This document shows positions 1 to 10,941 of a stretch of 64,000 nucleotides of DNA, one piece after another (within the stretch, counting starts at the first letter, position 1; each line of letters starts with the position of its first letter). Both the position numbers and the translations under genes were made by a program. Source of the DNA: an uncultured Pelagibacteraceae bacterium (GTDB lineage Bacteria; Pseudomonadota; Alphaproteobacteria; Pelagibacterales; Pelagibacteraceae); assembly GCA_902609645.1 (NCBI GenBank), contig CACLSS010000002.1, positions 10,680 to 74,679 of the forward strand. The letters run 5' to 3'. The notes below the pieces were generated by a model, which searched no databases, had not been told where the DNA came from, and saw only the letters and a program-made list of their open reading frames with translations.

Positions 1-180
1 TCCATCTAGTCCATCTAAAATTGCAGCAACAATTAAAAATAATACTGCAAATATAAAATTTCCATCAATTGCAAATTTAATTGAACTTATTCCTAGACAA
101 ACTCCTACAAGTGTAAGCACACTTGGAAGTATATATCTAGTTTTACTTACAGAGACGATTTTAAATTTTTTTTTATTCAT
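1..180 (-). CDS. pssA: Phosphatidylserine synthase (CDP-alcohol phosphatidyltransferase family). Only the N-terminal 60 codons are present; the gene runs off the window start.
   Basis: My own translation of the reverse complement from the ATG at 178-180 gives MNKKKFKIVSVSKTRYILPSVLTLVGVCLGISSIKFAIDGNFIFAVLFLIVAAILDGLDG. It ends in the start of the D-G-x2-A-R CDP-alcohol transferase motif. The gene lies directly downstream of psd in the same direction, with no spacer after the psd stop. Confidence 0.6.
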   Translation of the reverse strand, partial: MNKKKFKIVSVSKTRYILPSVLTLVGVCLGISSIKFAIDGNFIFAVLFLIVAAILDGLDG

Positions 181-831
181 TTATTTTCTAGCGATTAAGC
201 TTTCGCCCGCAATAACGTTTTGACCAACTTTAACCATTATATTTCTTCGACTAAAATATATATCAACTCTGCTCCCAAATCTAATCATACCAAGTCTTTC
301 ACCTTGTTTAATTTTTTGAGTTTTTTGTACTTGTGTTACTATTCTTCTAGCAATTAATCCTGCGATTTGAACAACAACAATATTTTCATTTGTATCATCT
401 TTAATTTTAAAATAATTTCTCTCATTTTCTTCGCTTGCTTTATCTAAAGAAGCATTAAGAAACTTTCCTGGTTTATAAAATATTTCCTCTATTTCACCAT
501 TTGAGGGAGATCTATTAACATGACAATCAAAAACATTCATAAAAATACTAACTCTGGTAAATTGCTTGCTATCTAAACCTAATTCGACTGGTCCTTTTAC
601 TTCACTAATAGATGAAATTCTTCCATCTGCAGGACTTGTTAAATAATTTTGATCCTCTATGACAACTCTTTCTGGATCTCTAAAAAAATAATAGACCCAA
701 ATTGTTATAAAAATAAAAATAAAGCCAAAAAAGCTAGATATTGATAAAATAATAAGTGTTATTATTAAGGAAATAATCAGAAATTTATATCCTTCTGGGT
801 GAACTTTTGGAAATATTTTTTCAAACATCAT
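181..831 (-). CDS. psd: Phosphatidylserine decarboxylase proenzyme (short alphaproteobacterial type)
   Basis: The 216-aa ORF has an N-terminal TM segment and a C-terminal ...GMIRFGSRVDIYF motif containing the G-S self-cleavage site typical of Psd. It is adjacent to pssA. Confidence 0.8.
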   Translation of the reverse strand: MMFEKIFPKVHPEGYKFLIISLIITLIILSISSFFGFIFIFITIWVYYFFRDPERVVIEDQNYLTSPADGRISSISEVKGPVELGLDSKQFTRVSIFMNVFDCHVNRSPSNGEIEEIFYKPGKFLNASLDKASEENERNYFKIKDDTNENIVVVQIAGLIARRIVTQVQKTQKIKQGERLGMIRFGSRVDIYFSRRNIMVKVGQNVIAGESLIARK

Positions 832-899
832 AACTTATAATTTGCTAATAATGAGTTAATATGTATAAAAATCTTAAATTATCAATTTAAATTTTTATT

Positions 900-2114
900 A
901 TGGCAAAAATCAAAGTTAAAAATCCAGTAGTAGAGCTAGATGGCGATGAAATGACCCGGATTATTTGGTCATTTATCAAAAAAAAATTAATCGAACCATA
1001 CTTGGATATTGACTTAAAATACTATGATCTTGGAATAAAAAATAGGGATAAAACAAATGATCAGGTTACAATTGATTGTGCTAAAGCCATTCAAAAATTT
1101 GGTGCTGGTGTTAAATGTGCAACAATTACACCAGATGAAGCCCGAGTAAAGGAATTTAATTTAAAGAAAATGTGGAGATCACCAAATGGAACTATAAGAA
1201 ATATTGTTGGAGGAACTATTTTTCGAGAACCAATAATATGTAAAAATGTACCTAGACTTGTCCCACATTGGACTGAAAGTGTAATAGTCGGAAGACATGC
1301 TTTTGGTGATCAATATAGAGCAACAGATTTTAAGGTTCCTGGAAAAGGTAAAATGACAATTAAGTGGGAGTCAGAAGATGGAAAAAAGAAAATCGAGCAT
1401 GAAGTTTTTAAATTCAACGATTCTGGAATTGCTTTATCAATGTACAATTTAGATAGTTCAATAAGAGATTTTTCTAGAGCATGCTTAAATTATGGTTTAG
1501 TAAGAAAATGGCCAGTTTATTTTTCATCCAAAAATACGATCTTAAAAGTATACGACGGAAGGTTTAAGGATATATTTGAAGATATTTATCAAAAAGAGTT
1601 TAAGAAAAAGTTTAATGAAGCTGGAATTACTTATGAACATAGATTGATTGATGACATGGTTGCATGTGCAATGAAGTGGAGTGGTAAATATATTTGGGCA
1701 TGTAAGAATTATGATGGAGATGTACAATCTGATACGGTAGCTCAGGGTTATGGTTCACTAGGTTTAATGACTAGTGTGCTTAGAACACCAGATGGTAAAA
1801 TAGCAGAAGCTGAGGCGGCCCATGGAACTGTTACAAGGCATTATAGGCAACATCAACAAGGTAAAGAAACATCAACAAATCCAATTGCATCTATTTTTGC
1901 ATGGACAAGAGGTTTGGCTCACAGAGGTCAATTAGATGATAATGAGGAATTAATTAAGTTTTCTGACACTCTAGAGAAAGTTTGCATCGAAACGGTTGAA
2001 AGTGGATCAATGACTAAAGACTTGGCTATTTTAATTAGTAAGAGTCAAAAATTTCTTACGACAAATCAATTCTTAGAAGCAATAAACTCTAATCTTAAAA
2101 AAAAGCTTAATTAA
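900..2114 (+). CDS. icd: NADP-dependent isocitrate dehydrogenase (homodimeric eukaryote-like type II)
   Basis: The 404-aa ORF is full-length. Its N-terminus, [23 protein letters not shown]...KCATITPDE...[10 protein letters not shown], is the signature of type II IDH. Confidence 0.9.
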   Translation: MAKIKVKNPVVELDGDEMTRIIWSFIKKKLIEPYLDIDLKYYDLGIKNRDKTNDQVTIDCAKAIQKFGAGVKCATITPDEARVKEFNLKKMWRSPNGTIRNIVGGTIFREPIICKNVPRLVPHWTESVIVGRHAFGDQYRATDFKVPGKGKMTIKWESEDGKKKIEHEVFKFNDSGIALSMYNLDSSIRDFSRACLNYGLVRKWPVYFSSKNTILKVYDGRFKDIFEDIYQKEFKKKFNEAGITYEHRLIDDMVACAMKWSGKYIWACKNYDGDVQSDTVAQGYGSLGLMTSVLRTPDGKIAEAEAAHGTVTRHYRQHQQGKETSTNPIASIFAWTRGLAHRGQLDDNEELIKFSDTLEKVCIETVESGSMTKDLAILISKSQKFLTTNQFLEAINSNLKKKLN

Positions 2115-4782
2115 TTTTATTATTTAAAGTTTTAAAAACTTCTTCAATCTTATCTTTGTGAGATCCTCCCGCTTGTGCAAAATCTCTTCTACCTCCGCCT
2201 CCTGTTCCTCCAAGAATGTTCGAAGCTATTTTCACTAGTTCAACAGCGTCAAATTTTTTAGTGAGGTCTTTGGTTAAACCAACAGCTACCCCAACTTTAC
2301 CTTCAAAAGTCGAAATACTAACTACTATACCATTTTTAATATCTTTTTTTCCTTGATCGATTACACTTCTTAATTCCTTTGGTGGGAAATCTTTCAAAAC
2401 CTGCTGTCTGAATAAGAAACTACCAACTTTTTCATCTTTTATAATATTTTTACTTTTGTCTTCAATTATCCTTTTAATTTTGACTTTTTCCAATTGTTTG
2501 TTAAGATTTTTTAAGTTTTCTGAAAAATCAACATTATCTTTAAAATCTGGTTTAACTTTAAGTTTTAATAAATCTTTTTTTATTAAATTAACTTGTTCTT
2601 TAAGATTTTTTTCTTTTAAAGAACTATCTTCTTTGAGTGATTTTTCATAATCTTGAAGTTGTTTTTTTCTTAACGCTTCTACTCTTCTAATTCCAGAAGC
2701 TATTGATGACTGGCTAATTACTTTAAACTCTCCAACTTCTTTTGTGTTTTTAACATGTGTTCCACCACATAGTTCCGTGGAAAAAAAACCATTCTTTTCT
2801 TTACCCATAAAAACTACTCTGACTTCATCACCATACTTTTCGCCAAATAAAGCTAAAGCTCCTAAATTAACAGCTTCTTTAGGTGTCATAATTCTTGTTT
2901 GTACGTCGCTTGCGCCGTTTACCATTTCGTTAACAATTTTATTAATTTTTACCATTTCATCTTTTTCAATGGGCTTATTGTGACTAAAATCAAATCTTAG
3001 TCTATCTGGACTTACTAATGATCCCTTTTGAGTCACGTGTTTACCAAGTGTCCTTCTTAAAGACTCGTGAAGTAAATGTGTTGCAGAGTGATTTGCTCTT
3101 GCATTGTTTCTTTTTTGAATGTTTATTTCAAGATTTACACTATCTCCAACTGCAAATGATCCTTTTTGAACTGTTCCATAATGAACAAATAGGTCGCCCA
3201 TTTTTTTTTGTGTGTCTTTAATATTAATTTTACATTTAGAACTTGAAATAATTCCTTGATCTCCAACTTGTCCACCTGACTCACCATAAAAAGGTGTTTG
3301 ATTTGTAATGACTTCAACTTCATCACCTTCTTTTGCGTTTTCAACAAACTTATTTCCTTTAGATATTTTTAAGACAATACCTTCCGCTTTATCAAATTCA
3401 TAACCTAAAAATTCTGTTGGGTTCAATTGTTCTTTTACTTTAAACCATTTTTCCTCTACTGACTTATCACCTGATCCTTTCCAGCTTGCTCTAGCTAACT
3501 CTTTACTTTTCTGCATTGCTTTATCAAAGGCAGAAGTATCAATTTTTATATTTTTATTTTTCAAAATATCAGCGGTAAGATCTAATGGAAATCCATATGT
3601 ATCATATAACTTAAACGCTATTTCTCCAGGCAAGATGTTATTTTTGACTTTTTCTAAATTCTGATTCAAGATTTTCATTCCTCTTTCTAAAAGTGATGAG
3701 AATTTTTCTTCCTCGTTTTTTAATGTTTCTATAATTAGATCTTTTCCAGTATTTAATTCAGGATAACTTTTTGACATTTCGTTTAATAGAACATCAAATA
3801 ATTTAAAAAAAATTGGCTGTTTACTTCCAAGTGTGTGAGCATGTCTCATGCCTCTTCTCATAATTCTTCTAAGAACATAACCTCTTCCCTCGTTAGAAGG
3901 TAAAACTCCTTCGGCTATAAGAAAACTACTTGCTCTGAGATGATCAGCGATTACTCTATGACTTGCAATAGTGTCATTGTTAATTTCGGTATTTGTAATT
4001 TCGGATGACGCTATTATAAGTTTTTTAAAGTGGTCTATTTCATAATTGTCGTGGGTTCCTTGCAGAACAGCCGTTATTCTCTCTAAACCCATTCCTGTAT
4101 CAACTGATGGCTTGGGCAAATCAATTCTTTTATCATTAGAAATTTGTTCAAATTGCATGAAAACGAGGTTCCAAATTTCGATAAATCTATCTCCGTCTTG
4201 ATCAGGGCTTCCAGGAGGTCCTCCTTTTAATTTATCTCCATGATCAAAAAATATTTCAGAACAAGGTCCGCAAGGTCCGGTTTCACCCATTGACCAAAAA
4301 TTATCTGAAGTTGAAATTTTAACTATTTTACTTTCGGGTAATCCAGCAATCTTTTTCCATAGTTTAAAGGCTTCTTCATCCTCAGAATAAACAGTAGCTG
4401 ATAGTCTATCCTTAGATATGCCAAAATCTTTAGTAAGCAGTTCCCATGCATAATAAATTGCTTTTTCCTTGAAATAATCACCGAAAGAAAAGTTTCCTAG
4501 CATTTCAAAAAATGTATGATGTCTGGGGGTATAACCAACATTTTCTAGATCATTGTGTTTTCCGCCTGCCCTGATACATTTCTGTGAAGTAGCAGCAGTT
4601 TTATAAAACTTATTTTCTACACCTGTAAATACATTTTTGAATTGAACCATCCCTGAATTCGTAAACATTAGTGTTGGATCGTTATTTGGAACTATGTTGC
4701 TTGATTCTATAATTTTATGTTGGTTTCTTGAAAAATAACCAAGAAACTTCTTTCTAATCTCACTCATTAGAATTTTGCTCAT
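2107..4782 (-). CDS. alaS: Alanine--tRNA ligase
   Basis: The 891-aa ORF carries class II AlaRS motifs ([23 protein letters not shown]), the editing-domain HSATHLL motif and a C-terminal DHHA1 GGGG tail. Confidence 0.95.
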   Translation of the reverse strand: MSKILMSEIRKKFLGYFSRNQHKIIESSNIVPNNDPTLMFTNSGMVQFKNVFTGVENKFYKTAATSQKCIRAGGKHNDLENVGYTPRHHTFFEMLGNFSFGDYFKEKAIYYAWELLTKDFGISKDRLSATVYSEDEEAFKLWKKIAGLPESKIVKISTSDNFWSMGETGPCGPCSEIFFDHGDKLKGGPPGSPDQDGDRFIEIWNLVFMQFEQISNDKRIDLPKPSVDTGMGLERITAVLQGTHDNYEIDHFKKLIIASSEITNTEINNDTIASHRVIADHLRASSFLIAEGVLPSNEGRGYVLRRIMRRGMRHAHTLGSKQPIFFKLFDVLLNEMSKSYPELNTGKDLIIETLKNEEEKFSSLLERGMKILNQNLEKVKNNILPGEIAFKLYDTYGFPLDLTADILKNKNIKIDTSAFDKAMQKSKELARASWKGSGDKSVEEKWFKVKEQLNPTEFLGYEFDKAEGIVLKISKGNKFVENAKEGDEVEVITNQTPFYGESGGQVGDQGIISSSKCKINIKDTQKKMGDLFVHYGTVQKGSFAVGDSVNLEINIQKRNNARANHSATHLLHESLRRTLGKHVTQKGSLVSPDRLRFDFSHNKPIEKDEMVKINKIVNEMVNGASDVQTRIMTPKEAVNLGALALFGEKYGDEVRVVFMGKEKNGFFSTELCGGTHVKNTKEVGEFKVISQSSIASGIRRVEALRKKQLQDYEKSLKEDSSLKEKNLKEQVNLIKKDLLKLKVKPDFKDNVDFSENLKNLNKQLEKVKIKRIIEDKSKNIIKDEKVGSFLFRQQVLKDFPPKELRSVIDQGKKDIKNGIVVSISTFEGKVGVAVGLTKDLTKKFDAVELVKIASNILGGTGGGGRRDFAQAGGSHKDKIEEVFKTLNNKIN

Positions 4783-4820
4783 ATATCTATTAAATACAGA
4801 TATTTTATTTGATGTCTATA

Positions 4821-4862
4821 ATAAGAAAACACACGAAAGGTGCGAGGGGCACCTTTCGTGTG
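4821..4862 (-). terminator. Rho-independent terminator downstream of recA
   Basis: A perfect 14-bp stem (4830-4843 cacacgaaaggtgc pairs with 4849-4862 gcacctttcgtgtg) closes a 5-nt loop. On the minus strand it is followed by TTTTCTTAT (4821-4829). It begins 22 nt after the recA stop. Confidence 0.8.
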
Positions 4863-4883
4863 GAGAGTATAATGAAAATATCG

Positions 4884-5975
4884 TTATTTATCTGTTTCTT
4901 TTTCTTTAGGAGTTGGATTTCCTTCAATTTTTTTTGTTATTAAGCCAGCTTTAGTTCTGATAGCTATCTCAATCTCATCCGCTACTTTTGGATTCTTTTC
5001 TAAATAAAGTTTAGCGTTCTCTCTACCTTGACCAATTTTTTCTCCCTTATATGCGTACCATGCACCAGATTTCTCTACTACATCTGCTTTCGCACCAAGA
5101 TCAATTAATTCGCCTGATTTACTAATACCTTTTCCATACATAAGATCAAATTCAACCATTTTAAATGGTGGCGCTACTTTATTTTTAACAACTTTTACTC
5201 TCGTGCTATTTCCAATGATTTGATCTTTTTCTTTGATAGCGCCTATTCTTCTTATATCCATACGTACTGACGAATAAAATTTAAGCGCATTTCCTCCTGA
5301 TGTAGTTTCTGGGTTTCCAAACATCACTCCGATCTTCATTCTTATTTGGTTAATAAAAATGACCATTGTGTTTGATTTAGAAATTGAGCCAGTTAATTTT
5401 CTTAAAGCCTGACTCATCAATCTTGACTGAAGACCCACGTGATGATCACCCATTTCACCCTCTAATTCAGCTTTTGGAGTTAAAGCTGCAACTGAGTCGA
5501 CTACTAAAACTGATAATGATCCAGATTTTATTAATGTATCTGCGATTTCTAATGCTTGTTCTCCAGTATCTGGTTGTGAAATCAATAGGTCATCAGTTTT
5601 AACGCCTAATTTCTTAGCATATACAGGGTCTAAAGCGTGTTCTGCATCAACAAAACCACAAATTCCACCGACTTTTTGGGCTTCGGCAACGACTTGTAAA
5701 GCTAACGTTGTTTTACCTGATGATTCTGGGCCATAAATCTCTATAACTCTTCCTTTAGGTAATCCGCCTATTCCTAATGCTAAGTCTAAACTTAAAGATC
5801 CAGTTGAGATGGACTCGACATCCATTGCTTGTTGTTGACCTAAACGCATTACTGAGCCTTTACCAAAATTATCGTCGATTTGGCTTATCGCGGCGTTCAA
5901 TGCCTTGTTTTTTTCTTTGATTTCTTGCTCTTTCTTAGAGTCAGACTTAACTACTTTTAAATTATTTTTAGTCAT
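4884..5975 (-). CDS. recA: Recombinase RecA
   Basis: The 363-aa ORF has Walker [10 protein letters not shown] and the motifs [20 protein letters not shown] and VVDSVAAL. Confidence 0.97.
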   Translation of the reverse strand: MTKNNLKVVKSDSKKEQEIKEKNKALNAAISQIDDNFGKGSVMRLGQQQAMDVESISTGSLSLDLALGIGGLPKGRVIEIYGPESSGKTTLALQVVAEAQKVGGICGFVDAEHALDPVYAKKLGVKTDDLLISQPDTGEQALEIADTLIKSGSLSVLVVDSVAALTPKAELEGEMGDHHVGLQSRLMSQALRKLTGSISKSNTMVIFINQIRMKIGVMFGNPETTSGGNALKFYSSVRMDIRRIGAIKEKDQIIGNSTRVKVVKNKVAPPFKMVEFDLMYGKGISKSGELIDLGAKADVVEKSGAWYAYKGEKIGQGRENAKLYLEKNPKVADEIEIAIRTKAGLITKKIEGNPTPKEKETDK

Positions 5976-6059
5976 TTTTTTTCCTTTTTTTAATTACGAA
6001 TCAATGTTTTAAATGTACACATTTTGTTCTTTTAATCAATCTTAAAATAATATAATAAT

Positions 6060-7346
6060 TTACCTAATATTTTCTAAGAAAAGATCTCCAATAGACGCGA
6101 GTAAACTAAATTGCGCTATTGCAAAATTTTTTTGTGCGTTTGCATAGCTTGTTCGAGCTTCTAAAAGAAGTGTTCTGGATTGGATTACTTCTAGTGTAGT
6201 TCTTTCATTACCTGTATCGTATTCAAGTGTGATACCTTCATTGGCTATTTCAGCAGCTTTTAACTGGGCTGTTGTAGCATCTAATATACCTTTAGATGAA
6301 TTGTAGTTTGTCCAAGCATTTGCAGTATCTATACTAACTTGGTCAGATATATCATCAAAAAGTAGTTTTTTTTCTTCAACTCTAAACTTCGCTTTTTTTA
6401 CTGAAGATATATTCTTTCCACCTTTGAAAAGTGGCCACTTAACAGTTGCTTTTACTTCTTCTTGTTCTCTTTCGTCAACCGTGGTGCTTAGATCATAATT
6501 CTTTTTCTTTTCGTAAGATATCGATGCTGATGGGCTTAGATCTCCTCTTGCTGCAAAAAGTTCTCTTTTTGCAATTTCTAAATCTATTTTAGCTAAATTT
6601 AGTCTTGGATTTATTTGATCAGAGATCGCGGAAGCTGTTCTTAAGCTTGTTGGTGTACTTAAATTAGGTATAAATGAGAGATTTATCTCATCAGGGGACT
6701 TTGAGCCTATGATTTTTTGAAAATTTTTTTTACCAGATATGAGCTCATTTCTAGCAGTAATTAATTTTGCTTGTGCACCAGCAAGTGATGATTCTGATTG
6801 TGCAAAGTCAGTTAGGCTTATTTCGCCTCTTTCTAATCGTGATCTATCGTTTTCAACCTGTCTTTCAAAAAGATCAACGTTTAATTGATTAAATTCTAGG
6901 TTTTTAAAATTGTATCCTAAATTATAGTATGCAGTTGCTGCACTTAGTATAACTTCTTGTTCTAGTTTTGTAAGTTCATAATTTGCGTACTCTAATTCTA
7001 GTTGGGATTTTTTGAGATTATTATAATTACTAAAACCACTAAAAATTTTTTGCTCAATTAAAACAGATCTAGTTTCAGGTGTTGAATTTATATTTGCTAA
7101 TTTCTCACCAGATTGATTTGTTCTATTTGTATCTTCCTGACTTGATATGTTGCCTGAAATAGTTACTGATGGTAAAAATTCCCCTCGGGAAATATTTATA
7201 TCTTGTTTGGTTGCATTTAAACTTGCTCTTTCAGCATTTAATTTTGAATTATTTTTGAATGCATCTGACAAAGTTTTTATAACATCTTGTGCACTGATAT
7301 TTGTACAAAAGAAATACAAAATAATAGTAAAAAATATCTTTTTCAT
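6060..7346 (-). CDS. tolC: TolC-family outer membrane efflux / type I secretion channel
   Basis: The 428-aa ORF has a signal peptide (..CTNISA/QD) and two tandem OEP repeats. Its N-terminus (TLSDAFKNNSKLNAERASLNATKQDINISRGEFLPSVTISG) is typical of TolC. Confidence 0.75.
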   Translation of the reverse strand: MKKIFFTIILYFFCTNISAQDVIKTLSDAFKNNSKLNAERASLNATKQDINISRGEFLPSVTISGNISSQEDTNRTNQSGEKLANINSTPETRSVLIEQKIFSGFSNYNNLKKSQLELEYANYELTKLEQEVILSAATAYYNLGYNFKNLEFNQLNVDLFERQVENDRSRLERGEISLTDFAQSESSLAGAQAKLITARNELISGKKNFQKIIGSKSPDEINLSFIPNLSTPTSLRTASAISDQINPRLNLAKIDLEIAKRELFAARGDLSPSASISYEKKKNYDLSTTVDEREQEEVKATVKWPLFKGGKNISSVKKAKFRVEEKKLLFDDISDQVSIDTANAWTNYNSSKGILDATTAQLKAAEIANEGITLEYDTGNERTTLEVIQSRTLLLEARTSYANAQKNFAIAQFSLLASIGDLFLENIR

Positions 7347-7350
7347 AAAT

Positions 7351-8259
7351 TTAATTAATTATCATTTTCTTTGATCTATGATTTTTATCTAAGAAAATTG
7401 TTAAATCTGATATCTTTGAATAGTTTTTCATCATATGCTTAGTTAATCTTTCGTAAAACATAATAAATTCTTTTATCTGTGTTTTTGACATAGTCTTTTT
7501 ACTTTTTGTTGTCAATTTCATTTTTTGCTCCTGAAGCCATCTCCATTTAATAATATAGTTAAAATGAGGGACTTTTAAGTAAACTAATTTATCAATCTTG
7601 TTAAATAGATTTTTATACCTTTTTTTTATTAGGTTGTTTACTATTTTTCTCCATTTCAAATTTTTATCGTATTTTTTTTCAATTAAATTCAGTGGTTTTT
7701 TTAATTCAACATTATTTTGATGTGTAGTACCAACACACCAACCCTCAAAAATAATTATATCTGGTTTAATTTTGATTTTTTGCCATTTGCCTTTGCTGAG
7801 TCTATCATCTTTAGATTTATCAAATTTTGGTATTAAAACTGTTCTAAATTTTTTTTGCTTAAGTTTTCTTATAGTTTTATTTAATAAAGTAATATCGTGA
7901 GTTCCAGGTACCCCCCTGGTAATAAATAATGGATGTTTTTTCTTAGACATTATTAGTCTATCGTTTTTTGTTTTGTAAAAGTCATCTATAGAAAATACAC
8001 AAAGATTTAAACCATATTTTTTCTTTAAAATTAATTTTAATATTCCTGTGATTGTACTTTTGCCTGCTCCTTGACCACCTGACAAACCTATTATTTTTGT
8101 TTCAAAATCTTTGCTATAAACTGAATAAATCCATTCTGACAATGGTAAATAAAATTTATTCAATTTTCCAATTTTGTCGACGATAGGTTTGCCAGAAACC
8201 TCTTGTTTTTTTAAATATTTTAAATAATCACTTTTTGTCATGGGGATGGTTTTCACCAT
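7351..8259 (-). CDS. P-loop kinase of the plant/fungal-type D-glycerate 3-kinase (GLYK) family
   Basis: Motifs appear in GLYK order: GLSGGQGAGKST, SIDDFY, RGVPGTHD, PKFDKSKDDR, IIFEGWCVG. The ORF overlaps the upstream GFA-family gene by 32 nt. Confidence 0.6.
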   Translation of the reverse strand: MVKTIPMTKSDYLKYLKKQEVSGKPIVDKIGKLNKFYLPLSEWIYSVYSKDFETKIIGLSGGQGAGKSTITGILKLILKKKYGLNLCVFSIDDFYKTKNDRLIMSKKKHPLFITRGVPGTHDITLLNKTIRKLKQKKFRTVLIPKFDKSKDDRLSKGKWQKIKIKPDIIIFEGWCVGTTHQNNVELKKPLNLIEKKYDKNLKWRKIVNNLIKKRYKNLFNKIDKLVYLKVPHFNYIIKWRWLQEQKMKLTTKSKKTMSKTQIKEFIMFYERLTKHMMKNYSKISDLTIFLDKNHRSKKMIIN

Positions 8260-8599
8260 CGATAACAGGAATATTCTTTAGATCAAATGGTTTAATGCCC
8301 TCTACACACGCAATATTTATACCATAAATTTTAGGATCTCTTCTTGGTCTGTTATGTGTGTGGATACCACAAATGGTACAAAAATAATGTTTTGCAGTTT
8401 TAGAATGGAATTGATAAAGTTTTAGAAGATTTTCTCCTTTTATAATTTCAAAATCATTTGGACCAGCTATTCCGATAATGTAACCCTTTCTTTTGCATAT
8501 AGAGCAATTACACCGCATAATTTTTTCAAATCCAGTTTCTGGCACTTCGACTTGACCCTCTACTCCACCACAGTGACAAGTTAATTTTTTTTTAGACAT
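8228..8599 (-). CDS. GFA/CENP-V family Cys-rich zinc protein (glutathione-dependent formaldehyde-activating enzyme-like)
   Basis: The 123-aa ORF has the spaced Cys pattern CHCGGV...CNCSIC...CTICG characteristic of the GFA fold. Confidence 0.55.
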   Translation of the reverse strand: MSKKKLTCHCGGVEGQVEVPETGFEKIMRCNCSICKRKGYIIGIAGPNDFEIIKGENLLKLYQFHSKTAKHYFCTICGIHTHNRPRRDPKIYGINIACVEGIKPFDLKNIPVIDGENHPHDKK

Positions 8600-8714
8600 A
8601 TTGGTTTCCTAAGGTTTAAATTAATAGAAGATATCCACACAAAGTACATCGTTTATTTGGATGTTCACGTTTTGATTCACTTTTGATTCCAATACAGACT
8701 CAAAATACAACCTT

Positions 8715-9587
8715 TTAGTGTGTATATGTTTTAACATTATCAATGTTTTCTTCTGACTTTACAAAATCCTCAATGCTCTCCCTAAAAGAGTTTAGATATA
8801 TTAAAGCTAGGAAAGTAATTAAAGCTAAAATTAAATAAGTAGTAGAATTGCCCAATATACTTTTAAAAAGATAAATTAATATTCCAAATATTAATCCCCT
8901 TAAAAAAACTTGAGATTTGAAAACAGCAATTATTGAAAAAGAATGAATTCCAAGATTAAAAAGAGACATTTTGGATGGTCCAAAATATCTTGAGCCCCTA
9001 GTTGAATTAATTGTGTTTAATCTACTTATTGATTTTTTTAATGTTCCAGAAAAACTGCTCCATAAACTTTCTTGTTGGGACAAAGTAACAACATCTTTTT
9101 TTGTCAAACAACTGTAATTTCCAAAATTTATTTGTTTGCCTGTGAAAACTAAAGTTATTAGTTTGTGAACCTCATAAAGTATTTGAAACATAAATCCCTC
9201 TGATCTTTTTACTCTTTTTGCAACAACGGATACTTCCTGGTCTTCCAAAGCTTGGTTGACTAGATATTTTATTTCCTCTGGTCTATCTTCGCCATCACCA
9301 TCCATAACAATTAAATGATCGAAGTCATGCTTTTTTGATAAATACCTTATAGCAAATGCATTACATCTAGCATGTCCCTTATTTTGTTTCATATTAAATA
9401 TCTCAATCTTTTTAATATTTTTAGGAACCTTGATTTCAGGTAATTTTATAGTAGATGCATCGTTTATTATCATACAATCAAATTCAGTATTTTTAATATC
9501 TGTAATAACTTTATTTATTTCATCTAGAAGTTTAATTAAGGATTCCCAGTCATTATAAACAGGTATTAAGATTTTAAATTTTTTCAT
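8715..9587 (-). CDS. GT2 family polyprenyl-phosphate glycosyltransferase (GtrB/ArnC/DPM1-like) with C-terminal TM helices
   Basis: The 290-aa ORF has an N-terminal ILIPVYND...INDAS motif, a VMDGDGED (DxD) motif and two hydrophobic C-terminal segments as in GtrB. It overlaps the upstream GT-C gene by 4 nt. Confidence 0.7.
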   Translation of the reverse strand: MKKFKILIPVYNDWESLIKLLDEINKVITDIKNTEFDCMIINDASTIKLPEIKVPKNIKKIEIFNMKQNKGHARCNAFAIRYLSKKHDFDHLIVMDGDGEDRPEEIKYLVNQALEDQEVSVVAKRVKRSEGFMFQILYEVHKLITLVFTGKQINFGNYSCLTKKDVVTLSQQESLWSSFSGTLKKSISRLNTINSTRGSRYFGPSKMSLFNLGIHSFSIIAVFKSQVFLRGLIFGILIYLFKSILGNSTTYLILALITFLALIYLNSFRESIEDFVKSEENIDNVKTYTH

Positions 9588-10909
9588 TTATCTCCTATTA
9601 GATGAGCAGAATAACCAATTACTACAGCATTAAGATTCTTTTTGTAATTTAATAATTGAACTGCTTTTTCTCTATTACTTAATGGTACCCATTTTGGTCT
9701 AGAGTTTAAGTGATAAGATAAATTACCACCCCACCATTCATCCCCTATTACATAAATGATTTTACTATTATATTTTTTATCCCATTCTTTTTGAATTTGT
9801 TTAGCATATTGTTCACCAGGAAAATCAGTTCTTTTGTCAGTTTGTGTTATTGAAACATATGCATAAGTAAACGGTGATAACAAAAATAAAAATATAAATA
9901 CAGAGATAAATCTTTTTAATTTATTCAAATTTATTTGTGATTTAAAAATATAAATAATTAACGTACCTACAAATAAGTAAAAAGGTGTCATCCACATAGT
10001 TCTTATTTTTGCACCCATTATCATTGAAGTTAATAACATCAAAAATATTGGCGCTATAGTTGTTAAAAGTAAAAATACTAATTTTTTATCTTTTAAATTA
10101 ATTTTAAATTTTATTTTTTTTATAAGAAAAAAAGACATTAAAAGAAAAGGAATTAATAGACCAATTTGCTTACCTAAGAATATTAAAGGAAAAATTAAAT
10201 GGTCTAGAAAATCTCCTACCCCACCAGTTCTTTGAAGACCATAAAATAAAGTAATGTAGTTATTATCAGTTAACCAAATTAAATGGGGTAATAAAATTAA
10301 TAAGGTTATTGGGCCCGCAATAAAATAGTGTGAAAAATTAATTTTTTTTCCTTTTTTTATGAAGTAAATAAAAACAAGTTTTATTCCTATAATTAAATAA
10401 ATAAAAAGGTATTTTGATAAAATTCCCAAACCGGCGAATAAACCTAAAAATACATAATCAGTTATTTTATCGTATTTTATACATCTCCAAGTATAATAAA
10501 CGGATAGAGCCCAAAATGGTAACTGAGCAACATTTACGTTAAATTCTGGAGTTGTAAAATTGTAAAAGTAAATACCCTCAATAAGAAGTACGGATAAAAG
10601 GGCGAGTTTTTGATTATTAAAAATTTCCTCTGAAAATTTATAGACTGCAAAAAAAGCTACTACTACAAAAATTTGACTTAAAAAATAGTAGGCCCAATCT
10701 TGGCTTCCGAGAATTTGATAAATAATTTCAACTGCAAAAGCACTAAGAGGCGGGTGTTTATTAAATCCCCAATCTAAATTACTGCCCCATGCTAAAGCCT
10801 CAATAGTATCTAAAGGAAGGTTCTGATTAGTTAATGAAGGAATCAGTGTCCAGATTAATAAATGAACAATTACTAACAAAAAAAATATTTTTGATGGATT
10901 TTTTGTCAT
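9584..10909 (-). CDS. GT-C fold membrane glycosyltransferase (ArnT / PMT_2, GT39/GT83-like)
   Basis: The 441-aa polytopic membrane protein has a first periplasmic loop, LPLDTIEALAWGSNLDWGFNKHPPL, resembling the acidic loop of ArnT/PMT enzymes. It has a soluble C-terminal domain and is coupled to a GtrB-like GT2 gene. Confidence 0.6.
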   Translation of the reverse strand: MTKNPSKIFFLLVIVHLLIWTLIPSLTNQNLPLDTIEALAWGSNLDWGFNKHPPLSAFAVEIIYQILGSQDWAYYFLSQIFVVVAFFAVYKFSEEIFNNQKLALLSVLLIEGIYFYNFTTPEFNVNVAQLPFWALSVYYTWRCIKYDKITDYVFLGLFAGLGILSKYLFIYLIIGIKLVFIYFIKKGKKINFSHYFIAGPITLLILLPHLIWLTDNNYITLFYGLQRTGGVGDFLDHLIFPLIFLGKQIGLLIPFLLMSFFLIKKIKFKINLKDKKLVFLLLTTIAPIFLMLLTSMIMGAKIRTMWMTPFYLFVGTLIIYIFKSQINLNKLKRFISVFIFLFLLSPFTYAYVSITQTDKRTDFPGEQYAKQIQKEWDKKYNSKIIYVIGDEWWGGNLSYHLNSRPKWVPLSNREKAVQLLNYKKNLNAVVIGYSAHLIGDK

Positions 10910-10941
10910 AAAATTTACCTATATTTATAACTTAAATTATA

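Noticed and set aside
2456-3347. Several 64-79-aa ORFs within alaS, in antisense or alternative frames. Similar short ORFs lie inside icd, recA, tolC, prpE, ppdK, glyQ, glmM, folP, tilS, thiD, purA, ruvC and the ymdB-like gene.
   Set aside because: All are nested in long, motif-supported CDSs, and none has independent support.
5976-6059. A possible SOS/LexA operator upstream of recA: the inverted repeat AAATGT-AC-ACATTT at 6011-6024 and a single GTTC at 6026-6029.
   Set aside because: It matches neither the E. coli-type CTGT-N8-ACAG box nor the alphaproteobacterial GTTC-N7-GTTC box, since only one half-site is present. The AT-rich 6-bp arms are easily explained by chance.
8670-8689. A tandem TTTTGATTC duplication (11-bp period) upstream of the GFA-family gene.
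   Set aside because: It is short and AT-rich, and it is compatible with chance or slippage in an AT-rich spacer. No associated inverted repeat or promoter element could be assigned.
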